64,000 nucleotides of DNA from an uncultured Anaerolineales bacterium (GCA_964406305.1 CAYORF010000001.1:12819-76818); one strand, 5' to 3'; positions 26,718 to 35,647 are shown, counted from the first letter of the stretch. Notes: generated by a model not told the origin, from the sequence alone. A program made the numbers and translations.

Positions 26718-27728
26718 TTCTGGGTTGGACTGGCTTTAAGCGCTGTCTTCCTCTACTTCGCGCTGCGCGGTCTGGAGATCAACGAGATTTGGGAGCCGTT
26801 AAAATCCGCTCAGTATTGGTGGCTTTTACCCGGAGTAGCCGTATATTTTATCGGTGTCTGGGTCAGAGCCTGGCGTTGGCACTATCTGCTCCGTCCCCTT
26901 AAACCTGTTCCTACAAAGAAGATGTTCCCTATTGTTGCCATTGGATATATGGGCAATAATATCTACCCCGCCCGGGCAGGTGAAGTCCTGAGAGCAGTGG
27001 TTCTGAAACGCAAAGAAGAGATTCCAATTTCAGCATCCCTGGCAACCGTGATCGTAGAGCGTATTTTTGACGGCGTGGTCATGCTGGGTTTTGTATTCCT
27101 TAACCTGTCCGAACTGGCCACTTTAACCGGAACATCCGGTTTTATTGGCAATATCAAGACACTGGCTTTATGGGGGTCAGCCGCATTTTTAGGGGCATTG
27201 GCGGTATTCATGCTGGCAGCCATGTTCCCCGTCCAGGCTGAAAAAGTGATTGCCAAGTTGATTGAGATCTTCCTACCGGAACGATTCCGAGAAAAAGTAC
27301 AGGAGATTGTCTTAAAATTCTTACACGGCCTGGAATCGTTGCGCTCACCTCGAGATGCTGTGATGGTTCTGCTGACTTCGGTGGTGATCTGGCTCCTGGA
27401 AACCGGAAAATATTGGTTTGTTATGCAAGCTTTTGATTTCCAGGTCAGCTTTTTTGCTTTGATGTTAATGAACGGTATTGTCAACCTGGCTACTACCATT
27501 CCCTCCGCCCCAGGTTATGTGGGCACCTTTGATGCCCCAGGTATTGCAGTCCTCTCGGCATATGGTGTAGATCAAGGAATGGCAGCTGGCTATACTTTAG
27601 TTTTACATGCTGCTTTGTGGTTCCCGATCACTTTGCTGGGCGCATATTATATGGTGAGGGAAGGCATCCGTTGGAAGGGGGGTGAAGTGGTTGACCAGCA
27701 GGTTGCAAGCGAAGAAGTAGCTGATTAA
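26703..27728 (+). CDS. flippase-like membrane protein (UPF0104 / lysylphosphatidylglycerol-synthase TM-region family)
   Basis: Polytopic, with the family block GNNIYPARAGEVLRAVVLKR. The start was moved to the ATG at 26703. Confidence 0.7.
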   Translation: MKRWQFWVGLALSAVFLYFALRGLEINEIWEPLKSAQYWWLLPGVAVYFIGVWVRAWRWHYLLRPLKPVPTKKMFPIVAIGYMGNNIYPARAGEVLRAVVLKRKEEIPISASLATVIVERIFDGVVMLGFVFLNLSELATLTGTSGFIGNIKTLALWGSAAFLGALAVFMLAAMFPVQAEKVIAKLIEIFLPERFREKVQEIVLKFLHGLESLRSPRDAVMVLLTSVVIWLLETGKYWFVMQAFDFQVSFFALMLMNGIVNLATTIPSAPGYVGTFDAPGIAVLSAYGVDQGMAAGYTLVLHAALWFPITLLGAYYMVREGIRWKGGEVVDQQVASEEVAD

Positions 27729-27796
27729 TTTAGGCATTATAATAACAGCAAGACATTCTTTGTATCAAAAAGGGTCTTTTCGAAGGAGCACAATTT

Positions 27797-28438
27797 ATGA
27801 ATCAGGCTAAAAAATCACCCTATCGCGTATTGATCGCTGACGATGTCCTGGAAACTCGCCGGAATACCCGGCTAATGCTGGCTGATAATCCTATGGTGGA
27901 TATTGTTGCTATAGCCCATAACGGTCGTGAGGCGGTTGAGCTGGCTAAAAAACACCAGCCGGATATTGCCTTGTTAGACATCAATATGCCAGAGATGAAC
28001 GGCTTTGAAGCTTTTCAAGAAATGTACAAGATCTTCCCTACTATGGCCTGTGTGATCATCTCGGCCGAGGATGACAATCAATCCTTCCGGACAGCCATGA
28101 ACGTAGGAGCAAGGGAGTACCTTGTAAAACCATTTACGGTATATCAATTGAACAATGCAGTAAAACGCGTGGGAGATATTGTGAAAGCCGAACGGGACAA
28201 AGCGGAGGTAGCTGGCCGACTTAAAGAGCAGCGGGCTTCATTTCTGCTACAGTTGGCAGCAGAATATTCTAAAACCAGGCGGACGGATGATGAGGCGGTA
28301 GAGGTCTTTGAACAGTTGGCGGCAAATCCCAAGTGTGAAGTGCGTTGGCTGCGGACCCTAGCCATGTTGTATATCATTCGCCAAGATTGGATGAGACTTC
28401 AGGTGCTGGCAGGACGACTGGCTCGTCAGTTTGGTTAA
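27797..28438 (+). CDS. response regulator (receiver domain plus about 90-aa helical C-terminal region; no recognisable DNA-binding domain)
   Basis: AAGGAG SD. The receiver motifs are LIADD, DIALLDINMP and the conserved K in LVKPF. Confidence 0.85.
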   Translation: MNQAKKSPYRVLIADDVLETRRNTRLMLADNPMVDIVAIAHNGREAVELAKKHQPDIALLDINMPEMNGFEAFQEMYKIFPTMACVIISAEDDNQSFRTAMNVGAREYLVKPFTVYQLNNAVKRVGDIVKAERDKAEVAGRLKEQRASFLLQLAAEYSKTRRTDDEAVEVFEQLAANPKCEVRWLRTLAMLYIIRQDWMRLQVLAGRLARQFG

Positions 28439-28462
28439 TCTTCAATTTCAAAGGAAATCTTA

Positions 28463-29734
28463 ATGAAAACTGCAGTTGTTGGCGCTGGATATGCTGGATT
28501 ATCGGCAGCCTACGATTTAGCGCGCGCCGGACATGACGTGGTAATCTATGAAGCCTCGGACCGGACAGGTGGCCTGGCTGTGGGGTTTAAGGAGCCCAAT
28601 TGGGACTGGTCAGTAGAAGGTTATTACCATCATTGGTTCGCTTCCGATGGACACATGCTGGGCTTGATTGACGAACTGGGTTTCTCTGAGAAGGTCCGTT
28701 TCCCAAGGCCATATACAGTAATGATGCATAAAGGGAAATGGTATCCCTTCGATTCTATCCTGCAGGCTTTAATGTACCCGGGATTGGGTTGGGGAATCAA
28801 TAAAGTCCGATTTGGTTTGGTTGGCCTTTACCTGCGATTGACCAATAACTGGCAGGCGATGGAAAAAACTACCGTCGATGCTTGGATGCGAAAATGGGCG
28901 GGCAAGAAGGTTTATGAAACTATGTGGGAACCGATGATGAAGGGAAAATTCGGTCAGCATTATAAAGATGTCAATATGGCCTGGATGTGGGCCAGGATGC
29001 ACGCTCGCACTTCGCGGTTGGGCACATATGTAGGAGGCTTTCAAGCTTTTACGGATGACATGGTTGGTGTTCTGGAAGAACTTGGTGTTGAGATTCGCCT
29101 CAAAACCCCGGTGAAAGAGATCACGAACAGTCTAGAGATTACCTCCGACTCCGGTAAGGAAAAATATGAGCGTGTTCTGGTAACCACATCTCCTGGTCTG
29201 TTGTCCAGGATGGTACCAGCCCTTCCGGACAGCTACCAATCCGGGTTGAAGGATCTCAAGAGCATGGGAGCGATCGTGCTTACTTTGTCGATCACCAATC
29301 AACTTTCTACTCAGGGTTACTATTGGTACAACATCCCCAAAGTACAGGGATATCCTTTCCTGGCTGTGGTGGAGCATACTAATTATCTCTCCCCTGAATA
29401 TTTCGGTGGAGACCACATCATTTACTGCGGTGATTATAGAGATGCAGATCATCCCTATTTTGAGATGAGTAAAGAACAGATTGTGGAAGAGTTCTTGCCG
29501 TCGTTAAAAAGGATCAATCCTGATTTTGATCCAAGCTGGGTTAAAAAATCCTGGCTTTACCGAACTAAATACGCCCAACCAGTACCGGAGTTGAACCATT
29601 CCACCCGAATCCCACCCATCCAAACGCCTATTCAGGGACTATATTTTGCCAGTATGAGTCAGGTTTACCCCTGGGACCGGGGAACCAATTTCGCCGTTGA
29701 GATAGGCCGCCGGGCTGCGGGGATGATGGTGTAA
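28463..29734 (+). CDS. NAD(P)/FAD-dependent oxidoreductase (amine oxidase/phytoene desaturase superfamily)
   Basis: The dinucleotide-binding motif is [33 protein letters not shown]. Confidence 0.8.
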   Translation: MKTAVVGAGYAGLSAAYDLARAGHDVVIYEASDRTGGLAVGFKEPNWDWSVEGYYHHWFASDGHMLGLIDELGFSEKVRFPRPYTVMMHKGKWYPFDSILQALMYPGLGWGINKVRFGLVGLYLRLTNNWQAMEKTTVDAWMRKWAGKKVYETMWEPMMKGKFGQHYKDVNMAWMWARMHARTSRLGTYVGGFQAFTDDMVGVLEELGVEIRLKTPVKEITNSLEITSDSGKEKYERVLVTTSPGLLSRMVPALPDSYQSGLKDLKSMGAIVLTLSITNQLSTQGYYWYNIPKVQGYPFLAVVEHTNYLSPEYFGGDHIIYCGDYRDADHPYFEMSKEQIVEEFLPSLKRINPDFDPSWVKKSWLYRTKYAQPVPELNHSTRIPPIQTPIQGLYFASMSQVYPWDRGTNFAVEIGRRAAGMMV

Positions 29735-29763
29735 GGGTAAACGAACCAATCGATTCACAGATT

Positions 29764-29799
29764 AGGATCCAGATTCCTCAGAGAGAACTGGATCCTTTT
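29764..29799 (+). terminator. stem-loop terminator
   Basis: AGGATCCAG - 15-nt loop - CTGGATCCT followed by TTTT. Confidence 0.55.
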
Positions 29800-29903
29800 G
29801 ATTTAATCACTGTCTGTCTCCTCGCTGGCCTTCAATACTGGGGCCGGAAACTGCCCCTGACGAATCAGAATATTTACATTCACAATACATCCTCGAATGT
29901 AAT

Positions 29904-29936
29904 TCTGACATTGAGCGGAGCGAAATGGAAGAATCC
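29904..29936 (+). repeat. family-2 repeat copy (left arm of an inverted pair)
   Basis: TCTGACATTGAGCGGAGCGAAATGGAAGAATCC shows 24/33 identity, including the exact 12-mer CTGACATTGAGC, with the reverse complement of 30011-30043. Confidence 0.45.
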
Positions 29937-30010
29937 ATATTGGCAATCAAAGCAAACTAGATATCGAGAGCCAGGGCGAAGGAGAAGTAAAAGTAAAACA
30001 ATGGTTTGAT

Positions 30011-30048
30011 GGTTCCATCCCTTTTACTTTGCTCAATGTCAGGATGAC
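30011..30048 (-). repeat. family-2 repeat copy (right arm of the inverted pair)
   Basis: The reverse complement reads GTCATCCTGACATTGAGCAAAGTAAAAGGGATGGAACC. It is related to 29904-29936 and to 9168-9204. Confidence 0.45.
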
Positions 30049-30135
30049 AATCAATTGTGTATCTGAACATTGAAAACTAGACGCTGACCCCTGAATACTG
30101 ATTATTCCTCCCTCAAATACTTTCCGACAACCCAT

Positions 30136-30170
30136 TTACACCTTACTACTTACCACTTACTGTTTACTGC
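30136..30170 (+). repeat. five tandem heptads TTAC-N3
   Basis: TTACACC TTACTAC TTACCAC TTACTGT TTACTGC. TTAC recurs at an exact 7-nt period, about 150 nt upstream of the cNMP-binding gene. Confidence 0.7.
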
Positions 30171-30321
30171 CCGATGGACTCAGTGTGAAACCTCCCCCTA
30201 TTCTTATGAGCTTCGCCACTAAAAAAGGTTCCGTGAATTGAGTATATTAGGGTAACTATTGGTACAGATTCCATTTTTAGGGGGTAAACCGGGATTATTC
30301 TTAGCTGGTGAAGCGGTTTTT

Positions 30322-30786
30322 ATGGATAGTGAATTATTGGCCCGTTTTGCATTAATCGAGGACTTTTCAGAGGATCAACTCGAGGTCTTAAAGCCGATCA
30401 TCGAGGATGTCAGGTTTGATATCGACCAAGTTGTCTTTAATCAGGGTGATCCGGCGGATTATCTGTATTTTGTGCTAGGCGGCAAAGTGTCAATTCGCTT
30501 TAAACCCGAAGATGGCCCGGAATTAACGGTCTCAGAGGTGGATCAGGGTGATGTATTTGGATGGTCTTCTGCCCTAGGTTCACACAGATATACTTCTTCA
30601 GCAATTTGTTCAGAGTGTGGGTTGTTTATCCGTTTAGAAGGAGAGGATTTAAAAAACCTTTGTCAGGAACATCCTGAAACGGGTATACTAATATTGAATC
30701 GCCTGGCGGGAGTGATAGCCAAGAGATTACGGGGTACTCACGAGCAAGTTTTGGCGCTGCTCCGTCGGGGATTGAATGATAAATAA
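30322..30786 (+). CDS. cyclic-nucleotide-binding domain protein (stand-alone)
   Basis: The cNMP-binding beta-roll blocks are VFNQGDPADYLYFVLGGKVSI and GDVFGWSSAL. No output domain is present. The start was moved to the ATG at 30322. Confidence 0.75.
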   Translation: MDSELLARFALIEDFSEDQLEVLKPIIEDVRFDIDQVVFNQGDPADYLYFVLGGKVSIRFKPEDGPELTVSEVDQGDVFGWSSALGSHRYTSSAICSECGLFIRLEGEDLKNLCQEHPETGILILNRLAGVIAKRLRGTHEQVLALLRRGLNDK

Positions 30787-30803
30787 CCCGGAGGGTTGTT
30801 AAG

Positions 30804-31049
30804 ATGAAAGAAGTTGAGAAAAATTTACGAACAGAACAAATGCAGAACTTGATCAAAAGTCTCAGCGCTTATATTGAACAGTATCACGGCGGTTCAGCAG
30901 AATTGGTTTCTTTTAAAGATGATGTTGTAAAAGTAAGGCTGGGCGGCGCCTGCCTTGGCTGCCCATTATCAACAGCTACATTAAACGGGTGGGTCCAGGG
31001 CACTATTCACCAATTTTTCCCGGGAGTATCGGTGGAAGCCGCTGATTAG
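30804..31049 (+). CDS. NifU-like (C-terminal Nfu-type) Fe-S cluster domain protein
   Basis: 81 aa with a GGAGGG SD. The CxxC block is LGGACLGCPLSTATL. Confidence 0.8.
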   Translation: MKEVEKNLRTEQMQNLIKSLSAYIEQYHGGSAELVSFKDDVVKVRLGGACLGCPLSTATLNGWVQGTIHQFFPGVSVEAAD

Positions 31050-31085
31050 CTGAGACAAGACCTGTTCCAAAAGGAGAAAATAGAT

Positions 31086-31373
31086 ATGGATTATTTCTAC
31101 CAAACCATTGAGATCATAGGCTTATTTGTTCAAATCTTAGGTCTGGTTTTATTTGGTGTCACTGTGGGTTGGTTTACTCTACATGTCACCAATCAGCCAG
31201 AAAAGAGCTGGCAGTTGCAAAGTATTGTATACAGTGTTTTCCTGGTATTCATTGGGTTAATGGTCAGATACCTCAACCCGGGCGCATTGGGCGCATTATT
31301 GGTGGGATTATCCGGGGCCATGATCTATTGGGGGCTGATTAAAAACCGAGTGAAAACACCGAAAAAGAAATAG
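31086..31373 (+). CDS. small membrane protein (3 TM segments, basic tail)
   Basis: AAGGAGA SD and three hydrophobic segments. No motif was recognised. Confidence 0.55.
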   Translation: MDYFYQTIEIIGLFVQILGLVLFGVTVGWFTLHVTNQPEKSWQLQSIVYSVFLVFIGLMVRYLNPGALGALLVGLSGAMIYWGLIKNRVKTPKKK

Positions 31374-31458
31374 AAAATTATCAGACACTGTGATTGGGTT
31401 TCTTGCCAGCCAAAAACGAGCTTGTAAATCCTACCCTAACAGCGCCACATGGAAACCT

Positions 31459-31486
31459 AGCCCCCTTTTAGGGGGCTGTTTGTTTG
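31459..31486 (+). terminator. rho-independent terminator
   Basis: AGCCCCC-TTTTA-GGGGGCT followed by GTTTGTTTG. Confidence 0.7.
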
Positions 31487-31524
31487 TAAATTTATTCGAT
31501 CAAAGCAATACACTGGAGCAAAGA

Positions 31525-32682
31525 ATGGAAATTAAAGTTGACAGAGAGTTCATTCAAAAAGTATTGATCCAACTGGTTCAGACGGATTCCAGAAATCCCT
31601 CAATGGTGGCTGACGCCCCTGGGGAGGAAAATATTGGATCGATTTTTGCTGATTTGATAAAGGAAATGGGATTAAAGGTTACAACATTCACCCTTGCTCC
31701 AGGCAGAGTGAATGTTGTGGGTGTGCTGCCAGGAACAGGTAATGGGCGATCGCTGATCCTGAATGGACACTTGGACACAGTTGGTGTGGATGAGATGAAA
31801 GATCCTTTCTCGGGGAAGGTAAAGGAAGGACGCCTGTACGGTCGGGGGAGCCAAGATATGAAAGGAAGTTTGGCTGCTATGCTAGGATCTATCAAGTCTC
31901 TGGTAGATGGTGGCGTAACCCTGGGTGGTGATTTGATCATCACAGCTGTGGCGGATGAAGAAAACCAGAGCCTGGGAACCATAGAATTGGTCAAATCTCT
32001 CAAGGCAGATGCGGCGATCGTTACTGAGCCGACCGATCTTCAGGTAGTGTCTGCCCATCGGGGCTGGATTTGGTATGAGGTCGAGGTAGAGGGAAAAGCA
32101 GCCCACGGCAGCCGATTCCAGGACGGCAAAGATGCTATTCTCTTGATGGGGAGATTTCTGGTTGAACTGGAAAAGCTCAGTTCAGAGTTAGTTCTAAGAT
32201 CGGGGCATCCTCTGACCGGTCCCCCCTCTATTCATACATCCTTGATTAAGGGCGGGTCAGATATGTGCACCTACCCTTCCCGTTGTACTGTCAGTATCGA
32301 ACGCCGAACGGTTAGCGGAGAATCTGAAAACCAAGTTACTCAGGAGATTCAGGAGATTGTCAACCATCTCAATGAAGAGGACCTGTCATTTATTGCTAAG
32401 TTAAATTTGATTGCGGAGCGTTCTCCCCTTGATACTGATTCTAATTCCGGGATCATGAGAGCCTTGAAAGAGGCTTATCAAAACCAACAGGGCAAACCTG
32501 CCCAAGTCACTGGCGCTGCTTATTGGACGGACGCCGCTCTCCTGGCAGAAGCTGGCATGGATTCTGTTTTAATCGGTCCGTCTGGAGAGGGTTTGCACTC
32601 CGCCGAGGAATGGGTTGAGCTGGAGTCTGTTTATGATCTGGCTGAGATTCTGGCGGCAACGGCAATTTTGTATTGTAAATAA
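31525..32682 (+). CDS. M20 family metallopeptidase (ArgE/DapE/acetylornithine deacetylase-like)
   Basis: The metal-ligand blocks are LNGHLDTVG, GRGSQDMKG and ADEE. The SD GGAG precedes the ATG at 31525. The track start at 31390 runs through the terminator and was rejected. Confidence 0.85.
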   Translation: MEIKVDREFIQKVLIQLVQTDSRNPSMVADAPGEENIGSIFADLIKEMGLKVTTFTLAPGRVNVVGVLPGTGNGRSLILNGHLDTVGVDEMKDPFSGKVKEGRLYGRGSQDMKGSLAAMLGSIKSLVDGGVTLGGDLIITAVADEENQSLGTIELVKSLKADAAIVTEPTDLQVVSAHRGWIWYEVEVEGKAAHGSRFQDGKDAILLMGRFLVELEKLSSELVLRSGHPLTGPPSIHTSLIKGGSDMCTYPSRCTVSIERRTVSGESENQVTQEIQEIVNHLNEEDLSFIAKLNLIAERSPLDTDSNSGIMRALKEAYQNQQGKPAQVTGAAYWTDAALLAEAGMDSVLIGPSGEGLHSAEEWVELESVYDLAEILAATAILYCK

Positions 32683-32685
32683 TAA

Positions 32686-32718
32686 AGGGACGTAGTCCTT
32701 TGGAAGGACTACGTCCCT
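32686..32718. terminator. 15-bp perfect hairpin between convergent genes (bidirectional terminator)
   Basis: AGGGACGTAGTCCTT-TGG-AAGGACTACGTCCCT. Confidence 0.75.
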
Positions 32719-32758
32719 AATAAATTTGAAGGTCAAGGACCCCGCATCCTCACGGTGA

Positions 32759-33550
32759 TTACAATCCCAGTGTTTTATCCATCATGGCGGCAACTGCCAT
32801 GTAAACAGGGGAATCATCTCCCAGTTCAATCAGTGGCTTCCCGGTGACATCATATTCCATCACATTCTGGTCCATCGGCACAGGTCCCAGGAATGGGACA
32901 TCGATTTTATCGATCCGTTCCTGGAGAGGTGCAGGGATCTCCCCCGGTACGCGATTGAGAATGAAGTAGGAGTTTTTTACATTAATCTTAAGGTCATCTT
33001 TTAACTCCACAATGTTGTCAGCAGCAGAAAGGCCGCGCTGCGTGGGACCACTGACAATGAATAGATGATCCACATCCTGGGTGGTTCTTCGGCTGAGATG
33101 CTCCATGCCGGCTTCGTTGTCCATCACAATGTAGGGATAATTATGGCTCAGTTTGTCCAGGATATCCCGCAGATTGTGGTTCACTGCACAGTAGCAACCG
33201 GGGCCTTCCGACCGGCCCATGGCGATCAGATCAAATTTCTCACTCTCGATCAAGGCGCTGTGGATTTCATAATCCAAATAATCGTGTTTAGACATGCCCC
33301 CGGCAATGCTGCCCCGGGCAGCCCCCGTGACATTCTGGGCACTCTGGACCTGTTTTAACATATCCTCGCGGATGCCGCCAACTGTGCTGTCCAGATCCAC
33401 ACCCAGGACCATGTTCAGGTTAGCACTGGGGTCAGCATCGATAGCCAAAATGGGTTGTTTTCCTTTATTGATCAAGTATTTTATGATCATGGCTGAAACG
33501 GTGGTTTTTCCTGTTCCGCCTTTTCCTGCCAGGGCAATGGTAGTGGTCAT
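32759..33550 (-). CDS. CooC/AcsF-type MinD-family metal-insertion ATPase (second paralogue)
   Basis: The deviant Walker A is AGKGGTGKTT. Other blocks are AIDADPSANL, the CxC motif GPGCYCAVN, and MDNEAGMEHL. Confidence 0.8.
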   Translation of the reverse strand: MTTTIALAGKGGTGKTTVSAMIIKYLINKGKQPILAIDADPSANLNMVLGVDLDSTVGGIREDMLKQVQSAQNVTGAARGSIAGGMSKHDYLDYEIHSALIESEKFDLIAMGRSEGPGCYCAVNHNLRDILDKLSHNYPYIVMDNEAGMEHLSRRTTQDVDHLFIVSGPTQRGLSAADNIVELKDDLKINVKNSYFILNRVPGEIPAPLQERIDKIDVPFLGPVPMDQNVMEYDVTGKPLIELGDDSPVYMAVAAMMDKTLGL

Positions 33551-33557
33551 AATTGGT

Positions 33558-34352
33558 CTACTCCTCTAAATATTTCTCGGGATATGGTTCCAATAAAGTA
33601 GCAGCAATCCCTTCTGATGCCTTGAATATTGCAGGTACGTGGTCATAAACTGGTTTTCCCAGCCGATCCGCATCCAGTACACCCAGGTCCATAGGTAGGG
33701 TGCCCAGCAGTGGAATACCCGGGGAATTCTTTTCTAAGAAATCTCTTTCTTCTTCAGTGCGGACTTTGTTGCCCACCAACCAGAGACGGTTTAATCCGAT
33801 ATCCTTGGACAGGTCCTTGATCTGAGCCGCTGTTCCCAGACTGCGCTGCGTGGGTTCGACGACAATGACCATAGCATCAACAAAATCTACAGTGGCCCGT
33901 CCCAGATGTTCTACGCCTGCGTACATGTCGAGGATCAATATATCATCTTCCCGGAACATCAAATGTGTGAAGAGGGTTTTTAACATGGCGCTCTCTGGAC
34001 AAATACAACCAGAACCGCCCAGGTCAACACTTCCCATTTCTAACAAGCGGACACCTCGATGAGTTACGCTGAAACGTTCAGGGATATCGTCTACGCGGGG
34101 ATTGAGTGTAAAAAATCCACCCACTGTCCCAGGTTTGGCGCCAGTGCGGTCTTCTATCAGCTGGTCCATTTCAGCAATCGGGCTTAATTTTGCCTGTAAA
34201 TCTTCCGGAAGGCCTAATGCGCCAGCCAAACAGGGTGAGGGATCGGCGTCCACAGCCAGGACATCTCTGCCCTGGTCCGCATAATATTGGGCTAATAAAG
34301 CTGACAGGGTTGTTTTTCCAACTCCCCCTTTTCCACTGATTGCTAATTTCAT
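33558..34352 (-). CDS. cooC: CooC-type nickel-insertion accessory ATPase homologue
   Basis: The blocks are SGKGGVGKTT, AVDADPSPCL, LNPRVDDIPERF, the CxC motif GSGCICPE, and DMYAGVEHLGR. It is collinear with what I recall of Rhodospirillum rubrum CooC. Confidence 0.85.
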   Translation of the reverse strand: MKLAISGKGGVGKTTLSALLAQYYADQGRDVLAVDADPSPCLAGALGLPEDLQAKLSPIAEMDQLIEDRTGAKPGTVGGFFTLNPRVDDIPERFSVTHRGVRLLEMGSVDLGGSGCICPESAMLKTLFTHLMFREDDILILDMYAGVEHLGRATVDFVDAMVIVVEPTQRSLGTAAQIKDLSKDIGLNRLWLVGNKVRTEEERDFLEKNSPGIPLLGTLPMDLGVLDADRLGKPVYDHVPAIFKASEGIAATLLEPYPEKYLEE

Positions 34353-34391
34353 GTCCTTCTCCTTGCTTTATCTGTGATATACGGCAAAATA

Positions 34392-35024
34392 TTATTCTGC
34401 GATCAATTTTCCAACTAGCATACTTCCCAGGATTGCGCAGCCGTCGGTGGGTAAGTGGTAATCCGCGATATCCTCAAAAAGGATCTTGTAGGAAGGAGGA
34501 AATTCATCGTCTCCTTTCCAATACACGATCAGGATTGCGATCTGGGGGAGGATCTGGTAGCGGAATGCCCCATCTCCAAAATCGACTTTGATTCCACACA
34601 GAGCATCATTCCTGGTTTCAAACTTATCATAATCCGTCTGGAAATATTGAGTCAGTTTCTGAGCAGTATATCCCTGAAATGCGGAATTATAAAATTGCCC
34701 GTCTGCCAATTCTGAAAAAGAGATCCAGTTTCCTGTAGGAGGAGATCCTTTGGAGGAATGGAAGTAGTACATGATCATGGCTTGATGAATGGGGGGAAGG
34801 GGGTGTTGGGATTCAGTGTCCCTGGCTAGAAAATCCCGGCTGAATAACTGAACAGGTTTTCCCCAAAAGAGAAAATTAAAAAAACTCTCCCCATCCTCTG
34901 ATCGCAGAGTGGTCCCCGTTAATTCAGCCAGTTGGTTCACATCCCTTTGAAAGAGATCTTCCCGGAGTTCATCGCTCCGGCGCTCTAAAGGCTCCTGGTC
35001 TTTGTTCATGACAAAATCGCTCAT
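34392..35024 (-). CDS. DUF3786-like protein of unknown function
   Basis: 210 aa. Blocks such as WISFSELADGQFYNSAFQGY and GDGAFRYQILPQIAILIVYWKGDDEFPPSYKILFED resemble DUF3786 as I remember it. The start overlaps the stop of the upstream selenoprotein gene (ATGA). Confidence 0.55.
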   Translation of the reverse strand: MSDFVMNKDQEPLERRSDELREDLFQRDVNQLAELTGTTLRSEDGESFFNFLFWGKPVQLFSRDFLARDTESQHPLPPIHQAMIMYYFHSSKGSPPTGNWISFSELADGQFYNSAFQGYTAQKLTQYFQTDYDKFETRNDALCGIKVDFGDGAFRYQILPQIAILIVYWKGDDEFPPSYKILFEDIADYHLPTDGCAILGSMLVGKLIAE

Positions 35025-35647
35025 GATATGTTGTCCTCTTGGAGATGTTTCTGAATGGCTCGTTTTAACTCACCTGGTTTAAAGCCAAAAGGTCCTAATC
35101 CTCCGGCATAGACTACAAGCCCGTTTTTGTCGATCAGAAATAAACGGGTTGGCCAGGCAGCATAATTTTTGTTCACCTGGTCATTCATTTCGTCCACATA
35201 TGTCTTAACCCCATACTGGAGGGATTCTGCGCAATCTCCTGCGGCATTGCGTCGTTCCTCAATGGTTGTGGGGTCGTAGATCTCCCAAGAAACCTTTGAG
35301 CCAGAGAGCCGCAGTAAAATGTTCATAAATCCTTTACCGAACCACCAGCCATCTATTGGATGGGCTTCCCGGATGTAAACTTTTATAAATTGGATTTGCT
35401 CCTGAAAGGACTGGTAGATTTCATTGAGACTCACGGTCCCGTTAACATAGGGTGGTCAGGTAAAACTCCCAAAAATCAGGACAACAGGTTTTGCTCCTTG
35501 AAAGCTGCTTAATAGAATGGGATTTTCACCATTGATATCTCTCAGCTCAAAATCAGGGGCTGGATCGCCAATCTTGGGTGCGTCGGCATCGTATTTCTTT
35601 TGCCAGGAAGTTGCTTCCTGACGGTTTTTTATCGTAGCCATAATCAC
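35021..35647 (-). CDS. iodothyronine-deiodinase-family (thioredoxin-fold) selenoprotein; in-frame UGA at 35456-35458
   Basis: Track ORFs 35456..35647 and 35021..35434 share one frame and are separated only by TGA plus 7 sense codons. The junction reads ...PVVLIFGSFT-U-PPYVNGTVSLNEIY... It is followed by FIKVYIREAHPIDGWW and RLFLIDKNGLVVYAGGLGPFGF, the three hallmark deiodinase blocks. The gene has 208 codons with Sec at codon 64. Confidence 0.85.
35426..35440 (-). promoter_or_regulatory. candidate SECIS hairpin (weak)
   Basis: mRNA GGGAC-CGUGA-GUCUC forms 5 pairs including one G-U. The stem starts 15 nt after the UGA, and a G is at loop position 2. It is short, so confidence is low. Confidence 0.25.

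Noticed and set aside
31390-31524. Long N-terminal extensions proposed by the track at 31390, 30259, 11778, 17891, 43795, 16309, 22823, 26679 and 43699.
   Set aside because: The extensions cross terminators, promoters or upstream genes. Internal ATGs with good SDs give proteins starting at the conserved N-termini.
32759-34352. Reading the CooC/AcsF pair as evidence for a Wood-Ljungdahl (CODH/ACS) cluster.
   Set aside because: No cooS, acsA, acsB, corrinoid Fe-S protein or methyltransferase genes occur anywhere in the window. The call was kept as an orphan accessory pair.
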